DNA of 53,462 nucleotides from Candidatus Methylomirabilia bacterium (GTDB lineage: Bacteria > Methylomirabilota > Methylomirabilia > Rokubacteriales > CSP1-6), in assembly GCA_041492755.1 (NCBI GenBank), contig JBGPXN010000009.1, positions 1 to 53,462 on the forward strand, read 5' to 3'. The position numbers and the translations under genes are program-made. This document shows positions 9,541-19,083 of the stretch, piece by piece. The number at the start of each line of letters is the position of its first letter. The first letter of the stretch is position 1. Below the pieces are notes generated by a model. That model had not been told where the DNA came from, ran no database searches, and saw only the letters and a program-made list of their open reading frames with translations.

Positions 9541-9822
9541 CTAGGCCTTGCCGGCGGTGTAGTAGGGATTGGCCCCGGACGCGTGATCGGTGGTGTCGAG
9601 CACTTCGGTCACTTCCGGAAGCTCTTCCTTGATCAGCCGCTCGATCCCCGACTTCAGCGTGACGTCGGCCGCGCCGCAGCCCTGACATCCACCGCCCATC
9701 TGGAGGTAGACGCGGCTGTCCTGCACGTCGATGAGCTCGACGAAGCCGCCGTGGGAGGCGACCGCGGGGTTGATCATGGTCTCGATCAGCTCTTGAACCT
9801 TGGTCTTGAGTTCGTCGCTCAT
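9541..9822 (-). CDS. nfuA: NifU/NfuA-type Fe-S carrier
   Basis: INPAVASHGG...GGGCQGC...DTTDH...NPYY; GAGG RBS before ATG 9822. Confidence 0.85.
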   Translation of the reverse strand: MSDELKTKVQELIETMINPAVASHGGFVELIDVQDSRVYLQMGGGCQGCGAADVTLKSGIERLIKEELPEVTEVLDTTDHASGANPYYTAGKA

Positions 9823-9896
9823 TGGGGCACCTCGTGGGCGGCGTCGGGCCGCACTCAGGCGCTTACTGTACCACGTGATTTTTGCCGCCACACTAC

Positions 9897-9965
9897 CGGT
9901 CTGTGACCCGTCACAGTGGCGGTCTGTGACCCGTCACACCGGCGGTCTGTGACCCGTCACACCGG
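9897..9965. repeat. three tandem 23-bp repeats, each carrying the palindrome TGTGAC-CC-GTCACA
   Basis: CGGTCTGTGACCCGTCACA(GT/CC)GG at 9897, 9920 and 9943. Confidence 0.9.
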
Positions 9966-11399
9966 CTGGGCGCGGGTCGCGCGGGCCACCTGGCCCGCCG
10001 TCGGCTCCGCTCAGCAGAACCACGGCTCGGTGAGCCGCGGAGGCCGGTGACGGTCGGGCGCCGGCACGGGCCGCGGTGCACGCATGGTCACCCCGGCCGT
10101 CTCGTCGGCGAGCGTCCGGACGCGTTCAAACGTGACGGCGGCGTCTTCCTTGCGGTCGGCGGCGTCGGCCACCAGCGCCGCGATGTCTTCCTGGAGGCGG
10201 TCCATGCGCGGATCGGCATGGACCCAGCGGTAGTGAAAGCCGTCGGCGACCCGCTCGCGGAGATACGTCCGCAGCGCCGGGCTGTCGAGCAGGAGCGAGC
10301 CGGGAGGGACGAGCAGGCGGATCGAGTACTGCACCGGGTCGATCGCGTCCACGAGGTCCTCCCGCTCCACGAACTCGAGGACGTCACGGAGGTCGTCGAG
10401 CGTGGTCCACGGGGTGAACGGGACCCAGGTCGGCCGCAGGGTGATCCCGGCCTCGCGCACCGCGCGGAGCGCGGCGCTCACGTCGGCGCGCGTGTGTCCC
10501 TTGTCGAGGTGACGCAGCACCGTGTCGCTCAGCGATTCCACGGCCGTGACGATGAACACGCAGCCGTCCCGCGCCAGCTCGGCCAGGTGCTGCCGTTGTC
10601 GGAGCAGGTGCTCGATCTTGGCCGTGAAGTCGAACGTCAGGGCGGGGAATTCGGCGTGGAGCCCGCGCGCCACCGCGAGGGCGTGGCGTGGCCCGTTGAG
10701 GAAATCCGGGTCGCCGAAGCTGACGTGGGTCGCCCCGGCCTCCACCAGCTGACGGATGTCGGCCAGCACGACGTCCACCGGTACCACGAAGAACCGGCCG
10801 CCGTAGAGCGGCGGGATCGGACAGTGCCGGCACATGTGCCGGCAGCCACGGCTGGCTTCCACCGAGCCCGTGAGCTCCAGCCGACCATCACGCTCCAGCT
10901 GCGCGTACTTCTTGAGCGACGGCAAGCCGGCGCGCGCGGGAACCGGGAACGCCAATCGCGCCAGGTGCGCCGCGGCCGGAACGCCGGCGCGACCGATGCC
11001 GTCGACGGCGTGGGCGTCCCCGGCCTCGAGCCGGGCGACGAGCTCCACCAGCGGGCCTTCCACTTCGCCGCCCACGACCGAGTCCACGCCGTGGGCGAGG
11101 AGGTAGTCCGCGTTGAGCGTCGCGTAGAGACCGTAGAAGCAGAGGTGACACGTCGGGTTGATCTCGCGGATGCGCGCGGCGGTGGCGACGCCGAGACGCA
11201 GCGCGGTGTGCATGGGGACCGATACCGCCACCACGCGCGCCCGTCGGACCTTGTCGGCGTCGAACGGCTCGACGGCGAGATCCATGACGGCGGGGGCGTA
11301 GCCGGCGCGCTCGAGGAAGGCCGCGGGCCAGGCCACGGCCAGCGGCTGGTGTCCCAGCTCGTAGCACGCCACCAGGAGGATCTCACCGGGTCCCTTCAT
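9957..11399 (-). CDS. CUAEP-tail radical SAM selenoprotein with a B12-binding-like N-domain; Sec codon at 10011-10013
   Basis: CRHMCRHC motif. The track ORF ends PWFC at TGA; read-through gives U-AEPTAGQVARATRAQPV*. SECIS-like hairpin follows. Start ATG 11399 (MKGPGEILLV). Confidence 0.88.
9981..9998 (-). promoter_or_regulatory. bacterial SECIS-like hairpin
   Basis: GCGGGCC-AGGU-GGCCCGC begins 12 nt after the in-frame UGA. Confidence 0.7.
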
Positions 11400-11468
11400 C
11401 GTCCAAGAGTGTACGCCCGGTGATATGGTTGGTGGGCCGTTCACTCCCCAGTGTCCAGGAGGACGTCC

Positions 11469-11687
11469 ATGACCTGCAAGATCACGATCCGGCCGAATGG
11501 TCCCTACCTCGTCGAGGGCGACTGTGAGATCTACGACCCGACGGGGGCGAAAGTGGACACCACCGGCCGGCCGAGGATCGCGCTGTGCCGCTGCGGCGCC
11601 TCGGTCACCAAGCCGTTCTGCGACGGCACCCACAGCAAGATCGGCTTCCAGGCCGCCGAAGCGGCCGCCGCCCAGGAGAAGAAGTAA
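11469..11687 (+). CDS. CDGSH iron-sulfur domain protein
   Basis: NGPYLV, LCRCGASVTKPFCDGTH; AGGAGG RBS. Confidence 0.92.
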   Translation: MTCKITIRPNGPYLVEGDCEIYDPTGAKVDTTGRPRIALCRCGASVTKPFCDGTHSKIGFQAAEAAAAQEKK

Positions 11688-11797
11688 CGCAACTCAGGTC
11701 CGTTGGCGTGTAATCCCGACGTGGGACTGGGAAACGGTTTTCACCCGTTGTGGCGGTGGCTCGCGGGTGGTTAGAGTAGGGGCCGTACCTCCGGCGC

Positions 11798-12166
11798 ATG
11801 GCACACCACGACATCCTCATCGTCGAAGACAACGCCGACGCCAGCGAGACTCTGCGCCTGCTTCTCGAGCTGGAGGGGCACCGCGTCGAGGTCGCGAACG
11901 CGGGTGAGCAAGGGGTCGCGCTCGCGCAGGCGCGGCCGTTCAGCGTCGGGCTCATCGACATCGGGTTGCCCGACTTCGATGGCTACGAGGTTGCGCGCCG
12001 GATCCGTGCCCTTCCCGACGTCGGAAAGCTCTTCCTGGTCGCGCTCACGGGGTACGGACAGCCGGACGACCGCATCCGCGCGCAGGAGGCGGGATTCGAC
12101 GCGCACATCGTCAAGCCCGTCGATCCCGACGACCTGATCAAGGTTCTGAACCGCACCCGAAGCTGA
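11798..12166 (+). CDS. stand-alone response regulator receiver (CheY-like)
   Basis: ILIVEDN, IDIGLP, ALTGYG, IVKPVD. Confidence 0.9.
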   Translation: MAHHDILIVEDNADASETLRLLLELEGHRVEVANAGEQGVALAQARPFSVGLIDIGLPDFDGYEVARRIRALPDVGKLFLVALTGYGQPDDRIRAQEAGFDAHIVKPVDPDDLIKVLNRTRS

Positions 12167-12202
12167 TCCGCCGGCGCGCGCTTCACCGAACGGCGCTTGC
12201 GC

Positions 12203-13393
12203 TCACTTCAAGAGTGAGCGAAGCGCGGCGGCGAGGCGCTGGTAATCCTCCGGCGTGTTGTAAATCTGGGCGGAGATCCGGAGCAGGCGTTGCGGCGCCG
12301 CGGGCCACGTCATCACGGGCACCTCGATCGCGTACTCGTCGAAGAGCGCGCTCTGCACCGTATCGACCGGGCGGAACTGGCTCATGGTCGTGGGCATCGC
12401 CGCCCGATCGTCGACGGGTAGCCGCACGCTTGCCAGGGAACCGATCATGTCCTCCGGGCACGGGGGAGGCGTGCCGAGCGCCTCACAGAGCCCGCGTCGC
12501 GCGGCCAGGGCGGTGCGGCGGTTCTCGGCCATGACCTCGGGCCAGCCGCCCGGGCGCGCGGCGCCGATCACGCGCAGCGCTTCCGGGATGGCGAGGTAGG
12601 CGCTCGGGTCGTACGTTCCGGTCCAATCGAACTCCAGATGGAACCGCGAGCGATCGGTGCGCGGCGAGTTGGCGCCGTGGCTCACGACGAGCGGGTGGAT
12701 GCTCGCGCGGCGGTCGGGATGGACGTAGAGGAACCCGCAGCCCTTGGGCGTGCAGAGCCACTTGTGGCCGTTGCCGGTGTAGTAGGTCGCACCGAGCGCG
12801 CGCAGATCGAGCGGCACCATGCCGGGCGCGTGGGCCCCGTCGACGAGGACGTCGACGCCGCGTTCCGTGAGCGCGGCGACCATCTTCGCGAGCGGCAGCA
12901 CCAGCCCGGTCGGGCTGGTGACGTGATCCACGAGGGCCAGCCGCGTGGCCGGCGTGACGCAATCGACGATGGCCGCGACCACTTCGGCCGCTGAGTCCAG
13001 CGGAAACGGAACCGGCGCGACCACGACGCGCGCGCCGGCGGCCGCCGCCACCGCGTCGACGGCGTTGCGGCAGGCGTTGTAGGCGTGGTCGGTGACGAGG
13101 ATCTCGTCGCCGCGCTCGAAGCGCAGCGAGCGCACCACGGTGTTGACGCCGGTGGTGGCGTTCGGCACGAAGGCGAGATCGTCGGGGCCGACGCCGACGA
13201 AGGCGGCCAGGGCGGCCCGCGCCTCGTCGAGGAGCTGCGGAAGGTCGCGACTGAGGAAGCGGACGGGCTCGCGTTCCATGCGGTCGCGGAACCGGCGCTG
13301 CGCGTCCAGGACCGGAATCGGGCACGCGCCGAAGGAGCCGTGGTTCAGGAACGTCACGCGCGGATCGAGGGACCAGAGCGGGTGTGAGGTCAT
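12203..13393 (-). CDS. class V PLP enzyme (isopenicillin N epimerase / C-S lyase-like)
   Basis: FLNHGSFGA, DHVTSPTG, DGAHAPG, NGHKWL, WTGTYD. Confidence 0.88.
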   Translation of the reverse strand: MTSHPLWSLDPRVTFLNHGSFGACPIPVLDAQRRFRDRMEREPVRFLSRDLPQLLDEARAALAAFVGVGPDDLAFVPNATTGVNTVVRSLRFERGDEILVTDHAYNACRNAVDAVAAAAGARVVVAPVPFPLDSAAEVVAAIVDCVTPATRLALVDHVTSPTGLVLPLAKMVAALTERGVDVLVDGAHAPGMVPLDLRALGATYYTGNGHKWLCTPKGCGFLYVHPDRRASIHPLVVSHGANSPRTDRSRFHLEFDWTGTYDPSAYLAIPEALRVIGAARPGGWPEVMAENRRTALAARRGLCEALGTPPPCPEDMIGSLASVRLPVDDRAAMPTTMSQFRPVDTVQSALFDEYAIEVPVMTWPAAPQRLLRISAQIYNTPEDYQRLAAALRSLLK

Positions 13394-13484
13394 GCGTGAA
13401 GCCTACAGGACTTCCCGCGTCGTTTGACACCCCGGGGCGCCCCTTGCTAGCGTCGGCTGGTGACGGTGCGATCCCCGGCCGTCG

Positions 13485-15695
13485 ATGTCGTTGGCGCGCT
13501 CACCGTCTGACCGCCGGCGGCTCCGTGCCCTGCGCCGGCGGGGCCTCCGGGGCGCGCTCATCGGTCTGGCCGCGGGCCTCGTCGCCATCGCGGTCGCCCG
13601 CGTCCCCCTCGTCGAGACCTACGAGCGCCGGACCGTCGATCTCCGGCTGCGGGCGCTGGCCGATCAACGACGCGCCGATCCCTCCATCGTCGCCGTCGTC
13701 ATCGATCAAAAATCGCTCGACGCGGTGGCCGCGCCGCGCGAGCGCGGTGGGCTCGAGCAGGGCTGGCCGTGGCCCCGCGATTTTCACGCGGCCGTGCTGC
13801 ACTACCTGCTCTCCTCGGGCGCCCGCGCGGTGGCGTTCGATCTCGTCTTCAGCGAGACGAGCATCTATACGAAGCTCGGCGTGGCCGACGACGACCGGGA
13901 GCTCGGAGCGGCGGCGGAGGGACGTCCGGTCGTTCAGCCCGTCGTGCTGACCGCCGAAGCGCCGGCGGCGGCGGACCGCGCGTGGCCGCCGGGTCTGCGT
14001 GAGCGGGGCTGGTCCCGGCCTCCCCGCGCGCGCGCGGTGGACGTCTTCAACAAGGCGACGTTGCCGGTGCCCGCCATCGTGCAGACGGCGGCGGGGCTGG
14101 GCTGGATCGGATTCGAGCCCGACGACGATGGCACGTGTCGCTCGATCCGCCCGGCCGCGCCCTACGGGCCGCAGGAGAGTCCGGACGTCGTGGAAGTGCC
14201 GTCGCTGCCGCTGGCGGTGGCGACGCTCATCGGCGCCCGGGTGGAGCGTGGCCAAGACACCTGGCGCGTCAACGGCGTTCCGGTGCCGCTCGACGAGGAA
14301 GGCCGGATGCTGCTCCGCTTCCACGGCGGCGAGCACGCGTATCGCCAGTACTCGTACGCCAAGGTGCTGGAGTCCGCCAAGCGCGTGGCGGCCGGGCAGT
14401 CGGTGTCGGCGGCGCGACCGGAGGAGTTTCGCGGGAAGATCGTGATCGTCGGCGCCAGCGCCGCCGGCCTGCTCGACTTCCGGGCCACGTCGATCGGCGC
14501 CATCCTCCCCGGCTACCTGATCCATGCGGCCGCGCTGGACAACCTGCTCCATGGCGACGCGCTCCGGCGTCCGCCCGGGCGGGTGCGCGCGGGCGTGCTA
14601 CTCTTCCTCGCGCTCGTGGCCGGAACGTTGACGGCGCTGGGCGGGCGGCTGGGCCCGGGCGTGCTCGTGACGCTGGGCCTCGCCACGTTCTACGCGGCGG
14701 GCGCGGTGTGGGTGTTCGACGCGCGCGGCGTCTGGATGGACGTCGTGCCCCCGGCGCTGGCGCTCACGCTGGCGTGGGGTGGCGCAACCGGGTATGCATA
14801 CCTGACCGAAGGCCGTGAGCGGCGATTCCTGCGTAGCGCCTTCTCGCGCTACGTCGCGCCGGAGGTCGTGGAGGCCCTGGTGGCCGAGCCGGGACGGCTG
14901 GCCCTCGGGGGCGAGACCCGCGAGGTCACCGTGATGTTCGCCGACGTCGCCGGCTTCACGTCGCTCTCGGAGGGGCGCGCGCCCCAGGAAATCGTCAGCC
15001 TCATGAACGAGTGCTTCACCGAGCTCACCCGGGTGATCCAGACGCGTGGCGGCACCGTCGACAAGTTCATCGGCGACGCCGTGATGGCGTTCTGGAACGC
15101 ACCGGTGGAGCAGGCGGACCACGCCGCGCGTGCCTGCGCCGCCGGCCGCGAGCTGCTGGAGGCGGTGGAAACGCTGAACGTCGTCTGGCGCGAGCGCGGG
15201 CTGCCGACGATCGCCATGCGGGTCGGGATCGCCACCGGGCCCGCCGTCGTCGGCAACATCGGCTCGAGCACGAAGTTCAACTACACCGTGATGGGGGACA
15301 CCGTGAACCTGGCGTCCCGTCTGGAGGGCGCCGCGAAGGTGTACGACACGAGCAGTCTGATCGCCGGCTCGACGGTGGAGGCGGCTGCCGGCGGAAGCGG
15401 TTTCCGCGAGCTCGACCGGCTGCAGGTCAAAGGACGGGTGACGTCGGTTCCCGTGTTCGAGCTGCTTCCGGCGACTGGCGTGGACGGCCGGGCGGAAGCC
15501 GACGCCCTGTTCGCCGCGGGTCTGCAGGCATATCGGGCGCGGCGGTTCACCGAGGCGGCCCGGCAGTTCGAAGCCGTGATCGCGAAAGCTGGGAAGGATG
15601 GGCCCGCCCGGGAGATGCTGGAGCGGTGCCGGCACTTCCTCGTGGAGCCGCCCGGTCCGGATTGGCAAGGGGACTACGCGCTCTCGACGAAATGA
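13485..15695 (+). CDS. CHASE2-domain class III adenylate/guanylate cyclase
   Basis: WPWPR (CHASE2), three TM segments, FADVAGFT, DKFIGDAVMA, GDTVNLASRLE. Confidence 0.92.
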   Translation: MSLARSPSDRRRLRALRRRGLRGALIGLAAGLVAIAVARVPLVETYERRTVDLRLRALADQRRADPSIVAVVIDQKSLDAVAAPRERGGLEQGWPWPRDFHAAVLHYLLSSGARAVAFDLVFSETSIYTKLGVADDDRELGAAAEGRPVVQPVVLTAEAPAAADRAWPPGLRERGWSRPPRARAVDVFNKATLPVPAIVQTAAGLGWIGFEPDDDGTCRSIRPAAPYGPQESPDVVEVPSLPLAVATLIGARVERGQDTWRVNGVPVPLDEEGRMLLRFHGGEHAYRQYSYAKVLESAKRVAAGQSVSAARPEEFRGKIVIVGASAAGLLDFRATSIGAILPGYLIHAAALDNLLHGDALRRPPGRVRAGVLLFLALVAGTLTALGGRLGPGVLVTLGLATFYAAGAVWVFDARGVWMDVVPPALALTLAWGGATGYAYLTEGRERRFLRSAFSRYVAPEVVEALVAEPGRLALGGETREVTVMFADVAGFTSLSEGRAPQEIVSLMNECFTELTRVIQTRGGTVDKFIGDAVMAFWNAPVEQADHAARACAAGRELLEAVETLNVVWRERGLPTIAMRVGIATGPAVVGNIGSSTKFNYTVMGDTVNLASRLEGAAKVYDTSSLIAGSTVEAAAGGSGFRELDRLQVKGRVTSVPVFELLPATGVDGRAEADALFAAGLQAYRARRFTEAARQFEAVIAKAGKDGPAREMLERCRHFLVEPPGPDWQGDYALSTK

Positions 15696-15745
15696 GGGGC
15701 GGAGTGCGCGCGACGCATCACACACTCGATCGAATGAGGAGAGCC

Positions 15746-16213
15746 ATGAGAGCGAGAACCGCGGCTTCGGTGGCGGTGGTGACACTGGTGGCGGGACTGG
15801 CGGGCGCGCAGACGCCGCCGCGCTGGGTGGAACGCACGAAGGCGGACGTTCGCGGCGGCAAAGGCTCGTTCCACGAGATCGTCGACACCGTGGTCAAGGG
15901 CGAGCAGGTGCAGATCGTTCGCGTCGAGGACAAGTGGCTGTTCGTGCGCACGCCGCGCGCCAAGCAGGGCTACGTGTTCGAAGCCGCGCTCAGCAACCAG
16001 CCGGTGACTGGTGGCAGCTCCGATTTCTTGAAGCTGGCGCCCGGTGACGCCTCCACGTCCGCGACCGCGGCGTCCGCGGGCGCCAAGGGCATCTACGCGG
16101 AGCAGTACGCCCGCCAGAAGGGGTTCGACTATGGCGTGGTCCGCTGGGTCGAGGACAACCAGCCGCCCGGTAACGTCATGGAAGCCTTCGTGAAGGAAGG
16201 AGGGCTCCAATGA
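15746..16213 (+). CDS. exported SH3-domain protein
   Basis: GAGGAG RBS; signal peptide; VVKGEQVQIV...WLFVR...GYV SH3b pattern; SAGAKG and FVKEGGL tail. Confidence 0.75.
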   Translation: MRARTAASVAVVTLVAGLAGAQTPPRWVERTKADVRGGKGSFHEIVDTVVKGEQVQIVRVEDKWLFVRTPRAKQGYVFEAALSNQPVTGGSSDFLKLAPGDASTSATAASAGAKGIYAEQYARQKGFDYGVVRWVEDNQPPGNVMEAFVKEGGLQ

Positions 16214-17061
16214 GGCGCGGGCTGCCCATCCTGCTCGTGCTTGCTCTGGCTGGTTGCGGCGGCCGGATGGACGTCGGCTCGGTGATGAGTGCCGCCCAGA
16301 CCATGATCACGCAGGGGCCAGGCGCCGTGACGGGGGCCTTCGCCGACATGGACGAGCCTCAGGAGATCGAGCTCGGTCGCGCCGTCACCGCCAACGTCGG
16401 CTCGCGCTACAAGCTGCTGCGCGATCCCGCCCTCACGCGCTACGTGGCTCAGGTCGGCAACGTGGTGGCCGCGCGCTCGGAGCGGCCCGACCTCCGGTAC
16501 TACTTCGCGGTGCTCGACGCGCCCGAGGTGAACGCGTTCGCCGCGCCGGGCGGGTACGTGTTCATCACGCGGGGGTCCCTCACGCTGATGCGCGACGAGG
16601 CGATGCTGGCCGGCGTCCTCGGTCACGAGGTGGCCCACGTCGCGCTGCGCCACGGCGTGGAGGCCATCAAGGCCCAGAAGCGCAAGGACCTCGCGGTGCT
16701 CGGGCTGCAGCAGGGGCTGCGGTTCACGTCGGCGGCGCCGTTCACCCAGGCCATCTCGCTGGCCGCGGACACGGTGGCCGAGCAGATCGTGCTGAAGGGC
16801 TTCAGCCGCGCCGAAGAGGAGGAAGCCGACCGCGCCGGATTCCAGTACGCGCGGGCGGCTGGCTACGACCCGGCGGGGTTGCGCGACTTTCTTGCGGCGC
16901 TTGTGCAACGCGGTGCGGGGGATACCCGAACGTCGACGTTCTTCTCGACGCACCCCGGCACCGAAGACCGCATGAAGGAGCAAGAGAAGTTGCTGGCCGC
17001 CGCCGCTGGTCGCGGCCAGCGCAATCCCGACCGATTCGCGAAGGCCGTCGCGAGCCGCTAA
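16210..17061 (+). CDS. M48 family Zn metallopeptidase, lipoprotein
   Basis: LAGC lipobox, NAFAAPGG, HEVAH, EEEAD, STHP. Confidence 0.9.
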   Translation: MRRGLPILLVLALAGCGGRMDVGSVMSAAQTMITQGPGAVTGAFADMDEPQEIELGRAVTANVGSRYKLLRDPALTRYVAQVGNVVAARSERPDLRYYFAVLDAPEVNAFAAPGGYVFITRGSLTLMRDEAMLAGVLGHEVAHVALRHGVEAIKAQKRKDLAVLGLQQGLRFTSAAPFTQAISLAADTVAEQIVLKGFSRAEEEEADRAGFQYARAAGYDPAGLRDFLAALVQRGAGDTRTSTFFSTHPGTEDRMKEQEKLLAAAAGRGQRNPDRFAKAVASR

Positions 17062-17083
17062 CCGCCTCACTCAGGGCACCTGC

Positions 17084-17809
17084 TCAACGGCGTGGAACGT
17101 CGCCGGCCTCCCGGCGCCGCACCCCGACCCGGCGCTCGAGACGCGCCAGGCGTCGCTCGACGCGGCGAAGGGCAATGGCCACGGGGTCAGCGGCGGCGCC
17201 CCTCGCGTAGCCACGTTCCAGCAGATCGACGAAGAAGTCGGCAATCTGGTCTGGCGTCTGAGGGCCCTGGGGCCTGAACCACTTGTGCATCCAGTTGCAC
17301 ATGCCGTCCAGCGCGAACACGAACAGGGTGGGCGGCAGATCGCGGAAGCGGCCGGCGCCGACGCCCTCGCGGAACACGCGCTCGATCGTCCGATCGTACT
17401 CGCGCTTCTCGCGCGCCACGCGCCGGGCGATCGGCGCCGGCAACCCGCTCTCCTCGCTGAAGAACACCGTCAGGAAAGGCAGGTGGGTGGCCAGCAGCGT
17501 GACCTGGTAGCGGATGATGCGGCGGAGCTTGTCCTCGACGAGGAGCTCCTGCTCGGCGATCTGGCGCAGGCCGGTCCGCGACGTCTCGATCGTGTGCTCG
17601 AAGACCCGGCAGAGGAGGTCTTCCTTGCTCGAGACGTACTTGTACAGGGTGACCTTCGACACGCCGGCGCGCGCCGCGATCGTCTGCAGGGTGGTCGCCC
17701 GGTAGCCCATCTCGCCGAAGCAGGATGCCGCCGCGCGGATGATCTCGCCGTGCACGAGGGTGCGCGTGCGGGGGAGATCCGCCGCGGCCCGTGTCTTCGA
17801 TCTTGACAT
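17084..17809 (-). CDS. TetR/AcrR family regulator (KstR2-like)
   Basis: GYRATTLQTIAARAGVSKVTLYKYVSSKEDL; GMCNWMHKWFRP. Confidence 0.9.
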   Translation of the reverse strand: MSRSKTRAAADLPRTRTLVHGEIIRAAASCFGEMGYRATTLQTIAARAGVSKVTLYKYVSSKEDLLCRVFEHTIETSRTGLRQIAEQELLVEDKLRRIIRYQVTLLATHLPFLTVFFSEESGLPAPIARRVAREKREYDRTIERVFREGVGAGRFRDLPPTLFVFALDGMCNWMHKWFRPQGPQTPDQIADFFVDLLERGYARGAAADPVAIALRRVERRLARLERRVGVRRREAGDVPRR

Positions 17810-17845
17810 CCGCGCGGGCGCCTCCGTACGATGAACTCCCAAGTT
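17803..17845 (+). promoter_or_regulatory. sigma70-type promoter with an adjacent candidate TetR operator
   Basis: TTGACA-N18-TACGAT (17803-17832), then the palindrome AACT-CCCA-AGTT (17834-17845). Confidence 0.55.
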
Positions 17846-17873
17846 AAGAAACTACACCGTCAAGGAAACCACC

Positions 17874-18865
17874 ATGAGCGAGTCCACGGTCTCCCCGCGC
17901 GCCCTCGTCGACGGCCACCGCATCGGCGCCCACCACGAGACGGTCTTCCGTCACGTCTACACCAGCGACCAGCCCGAGCTGCGCCGGCTCTACGAGAACG
18001 CCAAGCGCGACCAGTGGAACGCCAGCCGCGACATCCCGTGGAGCCAGCCCGTCGATCCGAACGCCGGCATCGTCGCCGACGAGCTCATCGACATCCACGG
18101 CACTCACTACTGGGCGCGCCTCAGCGCCGCCGAGCGCGTCGAGCTGAACCGCCGCTTTGCCGCCTGGCGCCTGCACACGCTCCTCTACGGCGAGCACGGC
18201 GCCATGCTCGTGTGCAGCCAGCTCGTCGAGAGCGTCTCCGGCGTCGACGCGAAGACGTTCCAGGCCACCCAGGTGGTGGACGAGGCGCGCCACGCCGAGG
18301 TCATCCACCGCTACCTCGAGGAGAAGCTCGCGGGCCTATCCTATCCGATGCCCGCGAACGTCCGGGAGCTGTTCGACGCCCTGCTCGGCGATCCGCGCTG
18401 GCCGCTCAAGACCATCGGCCTGCAGCTCGTGGCCGAGACGTTCGCCGTCGCGCTCTTCAAGATGCTCGGCGACACCGCCAAGGACCCCCTGCTGAGCGAG
18501 ATCTGCCGGCGCATCCTGGTCGACGAGTCGCGCACATGGGCTTCGGCATGCTGAGCCTGCCCGCGGTCGTCAACGAGATGACGGCCAAGGAGCGCGAGGA
18601 GCTCGAAGACTTCACGGTGTGGGCGCTGGTGCGGACGCTCACCAGCTTCTTCCCGACCGAGGTGTACCAGGAGATGGGGTTCACCGCGGCCGAGATCGAG
18701 GACATCAAAGGGTTGCGGCGCGAGCGGGCCGGCGCCGAGTCCGTGCTGTTCCGCCGGCTCTTCAAGCGGGAGCTGCACGGCGCGCTCGTCGCGAATCTGA
18801 GCAAGGTCGGTCTCCTCAGCGAGCGGGTCAAACCGCACCTGGCCGAGATCGGCATCCGCGTGTGA
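17874..18865 (+). pseudogene. ferritin-like di-iron (AurF-like) protein with a 1-nt deletion at ~18533 (possibly a sequencing error)
   Basis: GEHGA, VVDEARH, VAETFA. DESR|HMGFG is restored by adding one C, completing the second DExRH; the frame continues to TGA 18865. Confidence 0.8.
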
Positions 18866-18897
18866 ATCAATAACGAAATGGGGGGCGGTTGATCAAG

Positions 18898-19018
18898 TGG
18901 GGGGCCCCGAATGGCCCCCCCCAACGCTCGGCAGCGCCCCGGCGAAGCCGGGGCGCTCCTCGATACCCGCCCCCCTCCCGGCTCGGAGCGCTCTGGAATC
19001 CGTGGCGCTCCTCGATAC
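18898..19018 (+). repeat. palindromic REP-like repeat, copy 2 plus a partial tandem copy
   Basis: GGGGGGCCCCGAATGGCCCCCC...GCGCCCCGGCGAAGCCGGGGCGCTCCTCGATAC, then GCTCGGAGCGC...GTGGCGCTCCTCGATAC. Confidence 0.75.
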
Positions 19019-19083
19019 GTCGCGGCGAGACGGCATACAATACGTCTCCCTGAGCTCATCCCAGTCGAGATCGAGGAGCGGGC

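Noticed and set aside
9897..9965. Possible CRISPR array
   Set aside because: The repeats are head-to-tail with no unique spacers, and there are no cas genes in the window.
2392..18535. Programmed frameshifting at ~2392, ~3787 and ~18533
   Set aside because: There are no slippery heptamers. All three are 1-nt indels in short runs, better explained by sequencing error or decay.
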